Positions 46,446-56,467 of a stretch of 64,000 bases of DNA are shown in pieces. The translations under genes were made by a program, and so were the position numbers. Position 1 is the first letter of the stretch; each line of letters begins with the position of its first letter. The stretch comes from a virus, in IMG/VR virus record IMGVR_UViG_3300029554_000010, positions 8,938 to 72,937 of that record. The stretch is one strand, 5' to 3'. The notes below the pieces were generated by a model, which was not told where the DNA came from, made no database searches, and was given only the letters and a program-made list of their open reading frames with translations.

Positions 46446-47924
46446 GTGGCAAGAAATAAGATGAATTATATTGACCTCTGCCATGGTGAATTTGGTAGAA
46501 AGGTAGCATATACCGGAGTAAGTAAAATTACACCAGAAAATGTACTGAAAGTGATTGCTGATACAATCGGCGTTCACAATAGAAATAGGACAATAATTGA
46601 TTATCTGTATAGATACTACAAAGGCGATCAGCCAGTTCTTTACAGAGAAAAACTTGTGCGTCCTGAAATTAACAATCGAGTGTGCGAGAATCACGCACTT
46701 GAAGTTGTACGCTTCAAAGCATCTCAGACTTATGGCGAACCAATTCAGTTTGTTTGTAAGAAAAAGAACGCTACAAAAGAAAGCAACGCACAGGTAGACC
46801 TGTTCAATGATTACCTGGATGAAGCAAATGCAGAAGCCAGAAACATTGAGTTAGGAACATATCAAAGTGCAGTAGGAACTGCATACAAGTGCATTCTTCG
46901 TGAAGAAGATTGGACAGCAGATTCAGACATTCCGCCATTTAGAATTTTTATTCCGTATCCTGGAGATTGCTATATTGTTTATTCTAAAGGCACCGGAAAA
47001 CCACTGATGTCGGTTCAGATATTAAAAGACGAAGATGACCAACAGTATTATCAGTGCTATTCAAAAAACCAGTATTTCATTGTGCAGAATGGAAAGATTA
47101 AAAAAGCCGGTCTGAATGGCTTCGGAAACATTCCAATTATTGAATATCCAAACAATCATGACAGATTATCTGATGTTGAAATAGCAATCACAATGTTCGA
47201 TACAATCAATAACATGCAGTCAAACAGAATGGATGGAGTTGAACAGTTTGTTCAAGCCTTTATGAAATTCAAGAACTGTGAGATTGACGAGAACGAATTC
47301 CTCAAGATGGTAAAACTTGGCGCTATATCTGTTAAAGATACCAGCAATGGATGCCAGTCGGATGTTGAACTGATGACTGCTGAACTGAATCAGTCAGAAA
47401 GCCAAGTTGCTAAAGATGATATTTACAGTAATATGCTGATTGTTGAAGGAATGCCAGATAGACAACAAAACACTGGCGGAGATACCGGTCAAGCCGTATA
47501 TCTCCGCAATGGTTGGGACTTTGCAGAGCGTAGAGCCAAATTGGATGAACCTTTTATCCGTGAAGCTGAGAAAGCATCTGCCAGAATAATACTTAACATT
47601 ATAAGAAATACTACTGGTGATATAAAACTTTCGACAAGAGATTTTGATGTAAAAATTACCAGAAACCCAACGGATAACATGCTTGTTAAAGCACAGGCCC
47701 TCGATTATCTGGTTAAGAATAAAATACATCCGCTCATTGCACTTATTACTTGTGGATTATTTAGTGATCCGCAGAAAGTATACGAAATGAGTTTTCCGTA
47801 CATGCAGTCATTGTATAAGAATCCAGAAGAGGAAACGCAGAAAGCACAAGAATTGATTGACAATTTTAGCCAGAAATCAGTTCAAAATCAATCAGCAATA
47901 ATTTCTTCCACTGACGAAGAATAA
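46446..47924 (+). CDS. portal protein
   Basis: about 490 aa, positioned after the terminase; the start is GTG 46446 or ATG 46461 after RBS AAAGGAGG. Confidence 0.75.
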   Translation: MARNKMNYIDLCHGEFGRKVAYTGVSKITPENVLKVIADTIGVHNRNRTIIDYLYRYYKGDQPVLYREKLVRPEINNRVCENHALEVVRFKASQTYGEPIQFVCKKKNATKESNAQVDLFNDYLDEANAEARNIELGTYQSAVGTAYKCILREEDWTADSDIPPFRIFIPYPGDCYIVYSKGTGKPLMSVQILKDEDDQQYYQCYSKNQYFIVQNGKIKKAGLNGFGNIPIIEYPNNHDRLSDVEIAITMFDTINNMQSNRMDGVEQFVQAFMKFKNCEIDENEFLKMVKLGAISVKDTSNGCQSDVELMTAELNQSESQVAKDDIYSNMLIVEGMPDRQQNTGGDTGQAVYLRNGWDFAERRAKLDEPFIREAEKASARIILNIIRNTTGDIKLSTRDFDVKITRNPTDNMLVKAQALDYLVKNKIHPLIALITCGLFSDPQKVYEMSFPYMQSLYKNPEEETQKAQELIDNFSQKSVQNQSAIISSTDEE

Positions 47925-48083
47925 ACGTTTTTACATTAATTATTTAAGGAATCTTGGGAAACTAAGATTTCTTTTTTAATACTCAAAAATATTGCAACAG
48001 CCCGTGAGCGTAAATCGGGTGCAGGTCATATGCGGAGCGAACCGTGTGAAAAAAGTGTGATGATCTGGAAGAAAGGAGATTTC

Positions 48084-48728
48084 ATGACAAGAGAACAGGC
48101 AAAACAAGTACTTATCGGTATGGGAATTGAGGAACCGTCTGATGAACAGGTGACCAAATATCTTGATTCCGTCACAGGAGAAGTAAAAAAGGAAAAAGAC
48201 AAAAACACTTCCCTTAAAGAAAAAGCTGATAAGGCAGAAGCACTGCAAAAAGAACTTGATGAGCTGAAACAGCAAAACATGACTGATGCAGAAAAAGCAG
48301 AACTTGAACGTCAGAAAGAAAAAGCTGCAAACGAGAAAAGAATTTCTGACCTTGAATCCGCACTTGCAACTTCCCAGAGAGAAGCACTGACAGGAAAAAT
48401 CACTTCTATTTTTGCTAACGCAGGAATGCAAGGTGATGCCTACGTAAGAGCAATCAAAGCGTTTTCAAATATGGATGCCGAAGATGCGCTCAAAGAAGCT
48501 CAGGCTTTTGTTGATGGAATTTCCGAGGTAAATAAAACAACTCTCGATACTGCCAAGGCAGCTTGGGAAAAGGAAGTACTTGAAAATACTCCAAACCCAG
48601 GCGGTGGAACCAATGGCGGCAAAAAGGAAGAAAAGAGTAAAGCAGAAGAATATTTCGAAAAATACTTACCTTCCAAAGGAGCAGAAAGCAAAACAATCGG
48701 CACAAATGCCCCGGTTGATTATTTATAA
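48084..48728 (+). CDS. scaffolding protein
   Basis: alpha-helical E/K/A-rich coiled coil between the portal and capsid genes. Confidence 0.6.
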   Translation: MTREQAKQVLIGMGIEEPSDEQVTKYLDSVTGEVKKEKDKNTSLKEKADKAEALQKELDELKQQNMTDAEKAELERQKEKAANEKRISDLESALATSQREALTGKITSIFANAGMQGDAYVRAIKAFSNMDAEDALKEAQAFVDGISEVNKTTLDTAKAAWEKEVLENTPNPGGGTNGGKKEEKSKAEEYFEKYLPSKGAESKTIGTNAPVDYL

Positions 48729-48745
48729 GAAAAGGAGATTAAATT

Positions 48746-49090
48746 ATGGCTTTTATGAAAACCGAGCAGTATAAGTCCACACCTAATATCCTTGAATCTG
48801 AGGTGGGATTAGTACTCAAAACTTACACAGCAGAACAGACAAATGCTGAAACAGTTGGAACTAAGAAAATTATCAAAGCAGGTTCTGTATATCCGACAAA
48901 TGCAACAGGCGCAATCGGCATTGTGTTTGAAGATGTTGATATGACAGATGATGCTAAAAGACCGATTTCTGTGATTGTTGCAGGTCGTGTTCTTGAAAAA
49001 AGACTCCCAGTAACAGTTGATGAAACAGCAAAAACTGAACTTGAGAAATCAGGAATCGTTTTTGTAACTACAGAAGACCCAGTATTTTAA
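48746..49090 (+). CDS. hypothetical head-associated protein
   Basis: 114 aa, located between the scaffold and capsid genes. Confidence 0.4.
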   Translation: MAFMKTEQYKSTPNILESEVGLVLKTYTAEQTNAETVGTKKIIKAGSVYPTNATGAIGIVFEDVDMTDDAKRPISVIVAGRVLEKRLPVTVDETAKTELEKSGIVFVTTEDPVF

Positions 49091-49103
49091 GGAGGTATGA
49101 CAG

Positions 49104-50138
49104 ATGCCATATAATGTTTTAGATACTATCACAGAAGAAGAGAGACTTAAGTTTTCCCAAAATTTTCCAGTACCGAGTGCTGGCATTCTGGACGTAATTT
49201 TTCCAAATGTAAAAACCCAGTTCTGGAAAGCAGAATATTACAGATTGATGAGTGGGCAGAACCTTCCTAAAGTAGCTTATGTTCATGCCCTTGATACAGA
49301 AGCACATATCAGTTCCAGACCTGGATTCGAAAAAGTAATGACTGAAAAATTCCTGATTAAGGAGAAAAGCAATCTGTCTGAAAAATTACAGGAAGCTATC
49401 GAAAATGGTGTCCCGGACGATGAATCTCTTACAAAATATGTTTTTGATGATGCAACAAGACTTTTCAAGAACGTATTTGAAAGAACAAAAGTTATGAAAG
49501 GTCAAATTCTTTCCACCGGCAAACTCAATATTAATGAGAACAGGGTGAAAATGGAAGTTGATTTTGGCGTTCCCGCTGATGCAAAAGTAGATCTTTCTGA
49601 CTGGTCTAAGCCTGTTGCTGACATCATGGGAGATATTCAGAAAATGGTAGCAGTTGCAGAAGATAAAGGATATGTAGTTAACAGAGCCGTTACTTCTAAG
49701 AAAATGATTGGATACATGAGAAACAACGAAGCAATGCAGACAGCAGTTTTAGGCGCGGCTAATAAGCGTCTTCTGACCAAACAGGAACTTGCAAATCTTC
49801 TCATGCAGGAATTTGACATTGAAGTTGCCACATGCGAAGGAAAATTCAATTACGATAAAGCAGATGGAACTCTTGGAGTTTCCAGATACTTCAAAGAAAA
49901 CGTATTCACTCTTTATGCAGCAGAAGCAGATGGATCCTTCGGCGCAGGTCTGTGGGGACCAACACCGGACGAAAATGCTTACAAAGCATTTATCGAACAG
50001 GAAAATCGTTCCTTTGTTACTTTATCCATGTGGGCTACACCAGACCCAGTTGCTACATGGACTAAAGCATCTGGTTTATTTATTCCAGTAGCTTCAAAAT
50101 CCAATGGTGGTCTTATCATTGGTACAAAGGGGGAATAA
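49104..50138 (+). CDS. major capsid protein
   Basis: 344 aa following the scaffold; position and size; family not confirmed. Confidence 0.6.
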   Translation: MPYNVLDTITEEERLKFSQNFPVPSAGILDVIFPNVKTQFWKAEYYRLMSGQNLPKVAYVHALDTEAHISSRPGFEKVMTEKFLIKEKSNLSEKLQEAIENGVPDDESLTKYVFDDATRLFKNVFERTKVMKGQILSTGKLNINENRVKMEVDFGVPADAKVDLSDWSKPVADIMGDIQKMVAVAEDKGYVVNRAVTSKKMIGYMRNNEAMQTAVLGAANKRLLTKQELANLLMQEFDIEVATCEGKFNYDKADGTLGVSRYFKENVFTLYAAEADGSFGAGLWGPTPDENAYKAFIEQENRSFVTLSMWATPDPVATWTKASGLFIPVASKSNGGLIIGTKGE

Positions 50139-50228
50139 ACGGGCATAGTCTTGATGAGAACAGCCAGTCACCATCTGTAGCGAGTGCAGATAATGTACCA
50201 ACACACAAGTATACAGAAAGTGAGCTGT

Positions 50229-50334
50229 CTAATATGACTGTACCACAGTTAAGACAGCTCGCAAGTGATAATGGCTATGCCCTGACAGCAACTAATAAGG
50301 CTGGTATCATTTCTGAAATATTATCTCAGCAGTA
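50229..50334 (+). CDS. small Rho-N/HeH (SAP-like) motif protein
   Basis: MTVPQLRQLASDNGYALTATNKAGIISEIL; may start earlier at TTG 50152. Confidence 0.35.
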
Positions 50335-50358
50335 ACGCAGAAAGAGGCGGTGAATTAA

Positions 50359-50685
50359 ATGAATGAAGAACTTATGGAAGAATTATCACTTTATTTAGCA
50401 GATAATCCAGAATCTGAGTCCATACTCACTCTTTCTGTAAATCGGGCAATTCGTTCATTTAAAAATAAGCGAAATTACCCCTCTAGTTACACTGATGATA
50501 AAATCAAAAACGACATGAAAAAATGCTATGATTGTATTTTTGACTTGGCGCTTTACTTTCTGGTTAAACAGGGGGCAGAGTTCCAAGGATCACATTCTGA
50601 ATCTTCTGTAAATAGAAGTTGGGAATCTGAAACCGAAATTTATATTAATCATGGTGTTTTTCCTTTTGCTGGAAGTTTGAGTTAA
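50359..50685 (+). CDS. head-tail connector, gp6-like
   Basis: size, position and N-terminal pattern EELSLYLADNPESESILTLSVNRAIRSF. Confidence 0.5.
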   Translation: MNEELMEELSLYLADNPESESILTLSVNRAIRSFKNKRNYPSSYTDDKIKNDMKKCYDCIFDLALYFLVKQGAEFQGSHSESSVNRSWESETEIYINHGVFPFAGSLS

Positions 50686-50795
50686 AAAAGATGGGATGGA
50701 ACGCAATGTGTTTTTCCTCCCGGTACATTGCAGGGTTGCTCATTAAAGTAGGGAAAGAGCAAAAATCTTATAGGGAGTGAAAGAAAGGAAAAGCG

Positions 50796-51107
50796 ATGGG
50801 ATGTGAACATGAGTGCTTTAACAATCACCGCTTCGAAGAAATTGAAAAAAGTATTCATGATATGCAGGAAAAGCAGTCTGAAAGGCACAAAGAATTTTAT
50901 TCAAGAATTAATAAGCTCGAACAGAAGACCGCCCTGTATAGCAATGACTTAGATCATATTAAAGAAACAGTCGATGAAATGAACAACAATTTAAAAATCC
51001 TCATGGCAGTCCCTGGCAAACGTTATGACACCATTATTGTATGCATTATAACGGCAGTCGTGGGAGCAGTTGTAGGATTTATGTTGAGCGGTGTATTTCC
51101 TATGTAA
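50796..51107 (+). CDS. XhlA-like protein (coiled coil plus C-terminal TM helix)
   Basis: central coiled coil and the C-terminal hydrophobic helix IIVCIITAVVGAVVGFMLSGVF. Confidence 0.5.
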   Translation: MGCEHECFNNHRFEEIEKSIHDMQEKQSERHKEFYSRINKLEQKTALYSNDLDHIKETVDEMNNNLKILMAVPGKRYDTIIVCIITAVVGAVVGFMLSGVFPM

Positions 51108-51146
51108 CAAATTGATTCCACTTGTAAGGGAGGACGGTGGAGTTAT

Positions 51147-51401
51147 ATGAATTATGCAGATTTTTCAGAAGATGAAAGAAAATTTTACTTGCAAGAAGCA
51201 GGTTTTAATTCACGCGAAGAAAAATTATTTCGATTACGGGCTTATGGCGAAAAGACATTATGGGAAGCATCTGAATTAATGGAGTACAGCCCCAGAACCA
51301 TAGACCGAATCAATAAAAAAATAAAACAGAAAATTACCAAAGTTGCCCCGATGTACATTCGGGGCTTTTCTTTGCATAATGGCGGAAATGTGGCGAAATA
51401 G
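51147..51401 (+). CDS. sigma-70 region-4-like HTH protein
   Basis: RLRAYGEKTLWEASELMEYSPRTIDRINKKIKQKI. Confidence 0.5.
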   Translation: MNYADFSEDERKFYLQEAGFNSREEKLFRLRAYGEKTLWEASELMEYSPRTIDRINKKIKQKITKVAPMYIRGFSLHNGGNVAK

Positions 51402-51556
51402 TGACGTTCAAATACAGTGTTCCTTTCTATATAATATAATCATAGGAGAAAACGTAATGATTATATTAAGAAACCCTTACGAGGGTATATGGGAAAAGCA
51501 TCGTTCTATAGATGATATGGATATGATTCTTGAATCCCGGACAGGAGGAACAGATT

Positions 51557-52066
51557 ATGGCAGGTTATCCGTATTATCCGCAACAGCCAATGATGAGCAA
51601 CCCTTACGGACAAATACAGCCGTATCAAGACAGGTTGGCACAATTACAGAATAACTATCAACAGGCAATGCCATATGGACAAATGCAGATGCAGCAGCCT
51701 GTACAACAAATGCAGCAAATGCCGATGCTTCAAGGGCAGATGGTTGATGGCATTGATACTGTAAAAGCAAAGGACGTTGATATGTCTGGCAACCCTGTTT
51801 ACTATCCAAAGACAGATGGAACAGAAATATATAAAAAGCAATTACAGGCAGACGGAAGAAGCAGGATTTTTGTTTACCGACTTGCAAATCCAGACGAACA
51901 GCAGCAACCGAAGCAGGAAGAAAAACAGATTGACATTGAGTCCATGTTTAACCAGCTTCGGAACGATGTTTGTTCTGAGATTTCCGGAATCAAAGATATG
52001 TTCCCGACATTTATGTCAGGAACATCGGAAGCTGCAAAACAGCAGAACGGAGGTAAGCAGAGATGA
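51557..52066 (+). CDS. Gln/Pro/Met-rich low-complexity protein
   Basis: YPYYPQQPMMSNPYGQIQPYQ...QMQMQQPVQQMQQMPMLQGQM. Confidence 0.5.
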   Translation: MAGYPYYPQQPMMSNPYGQIQPYQDRLAQLQNNYQQAMPYGQMQMQQPVQQMQQMPMLQGQMVDGIDTVKAKDVDMSGNPVYYPKTDGTEIYKKQLQADGRSRIFVYRLANPDEQQQPKQEEKQIDIESMFNQLRNDVCSEISGIKDMFPTFMSGTSEAAKQQNGGKQR

Positions 52067-52308
52067 ATTTCAACCCAAACGCCATGATGAAAAAGCAACT
52101 TGAGAAAATGATTTCTCAGAGGTTCGGAAGTGTGGATAACATGATGAACGATATGAGCAAATTTGCAGGAAACAATCCAACATTGAAAAATGCCTTGGAT
52201 TTATATAAAAAAGGTGATGCAGACCAGCTACATCAAATACAACAAAATGTATTCAATGAAAAACATTTATCTCCAGATGGAATTATCCAGAAATTCCTTG
52301 GATTATAA
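52063..52308 (+). CDS. hypothetical protein
   Basis: 81 aa, coupled to its neighbours. Confidence 0.4.
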   Translation: MNFNPNAMMKKQLEKMISQRFGSVDNMMNDMSKFAGNNPTLKNALDLYKKGDADQLHQIQQNVFNEKHLSPDGIIQKFLGL

Positions 52309-52404
52309 CACTTCCCCATAATTGGGTGATTAAAAATCGCTACAATTTGGGACGACAGCCGCGGATGTCTCCTATTGTAAATAATATTTAAGGAGACTAA
52401 AAAC

Positions 52405-53217
52405 ATGATGAATGGTTCTAATTACAGTCTTAGCGACATTGCTGCTGCTACAGGCTCTAATAACCGTGCCAATGACATGTGGGGCGGTGATGGATTTTCA
52501 CTTATCTGGCTTGTCTTGATCTTTGCTATCTTCGGATGGGGAGGTTTTGGCGGCTGGGGCGGCGGCTTCGGTGGCAATGGTGGAAACGGTGCGAACGGTG
52601 CCGGTTTCCAAGGATGGGCTACCCGTTCAGATATTAATGAGGAATTCGCCCTTAATGATATTCAGAATGGTATCAGAGGTATTCAGCAGGGTATCTGTGA
52701 CAGCACATATTCTCTTAACAATACCATGCAGAGTGGCTTTAATGGCATGAATGTCGGAATGCTTCAAGGCTTCAACGGCGTTCAGCAGGCTATCAATGCT
52801 GATACTGTAGCCGGTATGCAGAATACCAACGCATTACAGTCTCAGTTAGCTCAGTGTTGCTGCGACAACAGGGAAGCTATCCAGGGTATCAACTACAACC
52901 TGGCAACCAACACTTGTGCTCTCCAGAACACAATGAACAACAACACCAGAGACCTTATCGAAAACCAGAACAGCAATGCTAGAGCAATACTTGACTTTAT
53001 GGTAAATGATAAGATTGCAACGTTACAGGCTGAGAACTCTGATCTGAAACGTGCTGCATCTCAGGATCGTCAGTCTGCATTACTTACAACTGCTATGGCT
53101 TCTCAGACTCAGCAGTTAATCAATGCAATCAATCCGGCAGCTATCCCGGCCTACGTTGTTCCAAATCCAAACACCTACTACGGTGGATGCAACGGATATG
53201 GAAACGGTTGCTGCTAA
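52405..53217 (+). CDS. Gly/Asn/Gln-rich protein with a TM helix and Cys clusters
   Basis: SLIWLVLIFAIFGWGGFGGWGGGFGGNGGNG..., internal CCCD and C-terminal GGCNGYGNGCC. Confidence 0.5.
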   Translation: MMNGSNYSLSDIAAATGSNNRANDMWGGDGFSLIWLVLIFAIFGWGGFGGWGGGFGGNGGNGANGAGFQGWATRSDINEEFALNDIQNGIRGIQQGICDSTYSLNNTMQSGFNGMNVGMLQGFNGVQQAINADTVAGMQNTNALQSQLAQCCCDNREAIQGINYNLATNTCALQNTMNNNTRDLIENQNSNARAILDFMVNDKIATLQAENSDLKRAASQDRQSALLTTAMASQTQQLINAINPAAIPAYVVPNPNTYYGGCNGYGNGCC

Positions 53218-53294
53218 GTAACTCGCCCTTAGAGGTTGACTAATTCTAAGAGGTGGGTTGCGGCTCACCTCTTATTTGATTGAGAGGTAGAAAT

Positions 53295-53720
53295 ATGAGT
53301 TGTAAAAATGTTTGTAAGCTCTGCAACCATCTTGTGATAAGCCAGTCTGTCGCATTCACTGGTGGGAATCTTGTGGTTACACTCCCGGCAGGCAGTTATT
53401 CCAATGGAGAAAAGTATTGCATTGTTATCGCACAAAGCATACCAGAAGCCACTACGATTACTGCCCCGGTAATGATTCAGATAGGAACAGGAACAACTTT
53501 GTATCCGCTAGAGAATCGTTGCTGTGCACAGGTTACAGCTTGTGGCGTAAGAACTAGAACAAAATACGCAACCAGAGTAGCTACAAGTGCAACTGGTGGA
53601 GTATTCAAGATGCTAGGAAACCCGGCTTGTAGTCCGAGTAATAATTTAACTGCAATTAATGGTACAGCCCCAACAACAGACACACCTGTTACACAGGCTG
53701 TTAGAAAGGGGGCACTGTAA
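53295..53720 (+). CDS. Cys-containing Thr/Ala-rich hypothetical protein
   Basis: MSCKNVCKLCNHLV... ; start at the internal ATG 53295. Confidence 0.45.
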   Translation: MSCKNVCKLCNHLVISQSVAFTGGNLVVTLPAGSYSNGEKYCIVIAQSIPEATTITAPVMIQIGTGTTLYPLENRCCAQVTACGVRTRTKYATRVATSATGGVFKMLGNPACSPSNNLTAINGTAPTTDTPVTQAVRKGAL

Positions 53721-54346
53721 TGCATAAAGTTGCAATGGAAATGGGAAAATGGGCTATGGAAAAAGCCAAAACACATGGCTTCGACAATCTCAGTGCTCAA
53801 GACTGGGACGATCTGAAAGACTGCATGGAAGCTGTAAAGTGTGCGATTTGTGCAGATAAAGATTACAGAATCGTAGAAGCTATGGACGAATGCGAGCAGG
53901 AAGAGAAGTATCTTGGACGCATGGGATATGACAGATATCGTTATGCAAACGGCAGATTTGCACCAAAAGGCAGAGGAAGCCGTATGGGATACAATCCGTA
54001 TCTGTACATGGAAGATAATGACTGGATGGAAGAGTATCTGAACAATCCAGATTTCGAACGTAATATGTACCGCATGGGATATCATCCAGATCGTAGTGAT
54101 ATGAGGATGGATGGAATGAACCATAAGCAGTCCAGATATGGCGAAAGCTATGACAGATACAGCGAGAACCGCAGACATTACCATGATTCCAACGATACAG
54201 AATCTAAGAGAAAAATGGACGATTCCATGAAAGAGTACACATCTGACATTATCCGCAATCTTACTGAGATGTGGTCTGATGCAGATGCGACCCTTAGGCA
54301 GTCGATGAAAACCGACTTAACTCGTCTGATACAGCAGATGAATTAA
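53720..54346 (+). CDS. Tyr/Arg/Met-rich protein with RMGY repeats
   Basis: GRMGYDRYRY, SRMGYNPYLY, YRMGYHPDRSDMRMDGM. Confidence 0.5.
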   Translation: MHKVAMEMGKWAMEKAKTHGFDNLSAQDWDDLKDCMEAVKCAICADKDYRIVEAMDECEQEEKYLGRMGYDRYRYANGRFAPKGRGSRMGYNPYLYMEDNDWMEEYLNNPDFERNMYRMGYHPDRSDMRMDGMNHKQSRYGESYDRYSENRRHYHDSNDTESKRKMDDSMKEYTSDIIRNLTEMWSDADATLRQSMKTDLTRLIQQMN

Positions 54347-54415
54347 CAAATAAGAATTAAATTTAGTCCTTGTTGCAGAAATGTGACAGGGACTTTTTAA
54401 TTATGGAGATTGATT

Positions 54416-54742
54416 ATGGAAAAATGTAAAATAAATATTCTTGGGACAGAGTATACGATTGAACCAAGAAATTTAAAAGATGAAAATTACGATGGTTTTA
54501 CAGACAACACCAACAAACTAATAGTCATACGTTCCGATAATCAGAATAATGTTGGAGATTTTGATTTCTTGCAGAAAAAGCAATTGAGACATGAAATCAT
54601 TCATGCATTCTTGTCTGAAAGCGGATTACAGTGTAATTGGCAACATATGGAACAATTTGGGCATGACGAAACTACTGTTGACTGGTTTGCAATTCAATCT
54701 CCAAAGATTTTTGAAGTATTCAAAGGACTTGATTTAATATGA
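54416..54742 (+). CDS. HExxH zinc-metallopeptidase-like protein
   Basis: motif LRHEIIHAFL. Confidence 0.45.
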   Translation: MEKCKINILGTEYTIEPRNLKDENYDGFTDNTNKLIVIRSDNQNNVGDFDFLQKKQLRHEIIHAFLSESGLQCNWQHMEQFGHDETTVDWFAIQSPKIFEVFKGLDLI

Positions 54743-54760
54743 AAAGGATGGTGATAAACC

Positions 54761-55147
54761 ATGCTAAGACAATTCTATATGAACGGAGACCTATGGAGGG
54801 TACAGTTCGTATCTCCGCACGACAGCGTGTTAATTGACCGCACAGGCGAAAGAACTCTTGCGGTATCGGATTATTCAACAATGACAATTTCGATTGCAAA
54901 TAATCTGCGTGGGGAACTTCTGAACCGTGTGTTTATCCATGAGTTAGGGCATTGTGTGATGTTCAGTTATGGTTTATTGCCAAAACTTCACCGTATGGTC
55001 AAGAAACAGTATTGGGTGGATGCAGAGGAATTTGTGTGTAATATGCTTGCCGATTACGGATGCTTTGTAATTGGCGTTGCAAAAGATGTTTTAGGAAACC
55101 AATTTACTTATGTGTCCCCTGTTGGAGTAGAAAAAATGATTGCATAA
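54761..55147 (+). CDS. HExxH metallopeptidase-like protein (ImmA/IrrE-like pattern)
   Basis: motif RVFIHELGHCVM. Confidence 0.5.
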   Translation: MLRQFYMNGDLWRVQFVSPHDSVLIDRTGERTLAVSDYSTMTISIANNLRGELLNRVFIHELGHCVMFSYGLLPKLHRMVKKQYWVDAEEFVCNMLADYGCFVIGVAKDVLGNQFTYVSPVGVEKMIA

Positions 55148-55210
55148 ATGAAAACCCTATTTTGCCAACTGTAAATGATGATGGTGTACTTATTTTTTAG
55201 GAGGTAGTTC

Positions 55211-55386
55211 ATGGCAGAATCAATTTTAAAAATCCATACTCAAAACGGAGATATTCCAGTTGGGTATCCAGGCTTAGCAGACAAGCCTATCTCAGATAAA
55301 ACTTTGAGTAAAGAGGGAGCATTTGCCGACTCCAAAGCCGTAGGGGATAAATTTAAAGAAGTAAAGGCAGAAACTGAAATAAAATA
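55211..55386 (+). CDS. small hypothetical protein
   Basis: RBS AGGAGG; 58 aa. Confidence 0.35.
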
Positions 55387-55447
55387 AACAATCAACCATT
55401 TAGGAGAGAGCAGAAATGTTCTCCTTTTTTGCATTGGAGAAAGTATT

Positions 55448-55834
55448 ATGAGAGGATTAAAAAGACAGAAACAGACCGTGTACTGGTCAAGAGTAACCGA
55501 AACACTTGAGGGAATAGATACCGTACCGACATACAGTCAACCGCAAAGCTTTAAGTTTTCTGTATCATCTACCGCGGGAACACCAGAAGAATTGTCCGCT
55601 GGTATTGTTCCGGATTACGACAGATACATTACTTCCTTTGACCGTTCTTTCCATCCGCAAGAGGGAGATGTATTTTGGATTGATACTGTGCCACAGGTTG
55701 ACGCACTGGGAAATCTGGTTCTGGAAGATGGTATTCCTACAACGCCGCCAGATTACCGTTTGAAGAAAATCCTTGATACGCAAAGAGGAAATCTGGCTAG
55801 ATATGGAATTAAAAAGATAGGTGCAGAAGAATGA
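55448..55834 (+). CDS. head-tail joining/adaptor-like protein
   Basis: size and position only. Confidence 0.4.
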   Translation: MRGLKRQKQTVYWSRVTETLEGIDTVPTYSQPQSFKFSVSSTAGTPEELSAGIVPDYDRYITSFDRSFHPQEGDVFWIDTVPQVDALGNLVLEDGIPTTPPDYRLKKILDTQRGNLARYGIKKIGAEE

Positions 55835-56349
55835 ACGGACGAGTAATCAAATGCAATCTGAGCCAAAAATCTATTGGAAACGCAATCAAAGAATTGAAAG
55901 CATATCAAAACAGTCTTCGCGATAAAAATGAAGTATTTCTTAAAAGGCTTTGCGAATTGGGAATTCCTGTCATAGACGAAAATATTATGTTGGCACAAGG
56001 AGATTCTGACAGGAACCACAATACCTACATCAAAATCAACAGGTTCGGAAATTACGCGCAGGCAACTCTTGTGTGCGAAGGCTCTGGACTTTTGTTCATA
56101 GAATTCGGTGCTGGTATTTCGTACAACACTCCGGCAGGAACAAGCCCCCATCCAAAAGGAGAAGAATTCGGATATACCATTGGTTCCTACGGACAGGGCA
56201 AAGGAAAAAACGAATCGTGGGTATATGTGGCAGATTCTGGCGAATGGGTGCGTTCTTACGGTACAGAGGCTACAATGCCCGTTTACAAAGCGAGCGTAGA
56301 AATTATGCAGAATATCCGTAGAATCGCAAAAGAAGTATTTTCTGCATAA
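55831..56349 (+). CDS. hypothetical structural protein
   Basis: 172 aa, coupled to the preceding gene. Confidence 0.4.
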   Translation: MNGRVIKCNLSQKSIGNAIKELKAYQNSLRDKNEVFLKRLCELGIPVIDENIMLAQGDSDRNHNTYIKINRFGNYAQATLVCEGSGLLFIEFGAGISYNTPAGTSPHPKGEEFGYTIGSYGQGKGKNESWVYVADSGEWVRSYGTEATMPVYKASVEIMQNIRRIAKEVFSA

Positions 56350-56357
56350 AAACATAT

Positions 56358-56380
56358 CACCTTTTCTTACTGAATATAAC
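56358..56380 (+). promoter_or_regulatory. conserved 23-nt box CACCTTTTCTTACTGAATATAAC, copy 2
   Basis: identical to 46332-46354. Confidence 0.5.
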
Positions 56381-56411
56381 GTCTGTTTTATGTATACTGT
56401 AAAATATAAAA

Positions 56412-56440
56412 GCATCTACCGGAATGGTGGGTGCTTTTTC
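56412..56440 (+). terminator. hairpin GCATCTACC-GGAAT-GGTGGGTGC plus TTTTT
   Basis: 9-bp stem with G-U pairs, followed by a T-run. Confidence 0.5.
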
Positions 56441-56467
56441 TATGCTCAAAACAAGGTGGTGACAGAG

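Noticed and set aside
53477-54184. 235-aa minus-strand ORF antisense to the Cys-rich and RMGY-repeat genes
   Set aside because: Overlaps two co-oriented plus-strand genes that have RBSs and coupled starts; hydrophobic antisense artefact.
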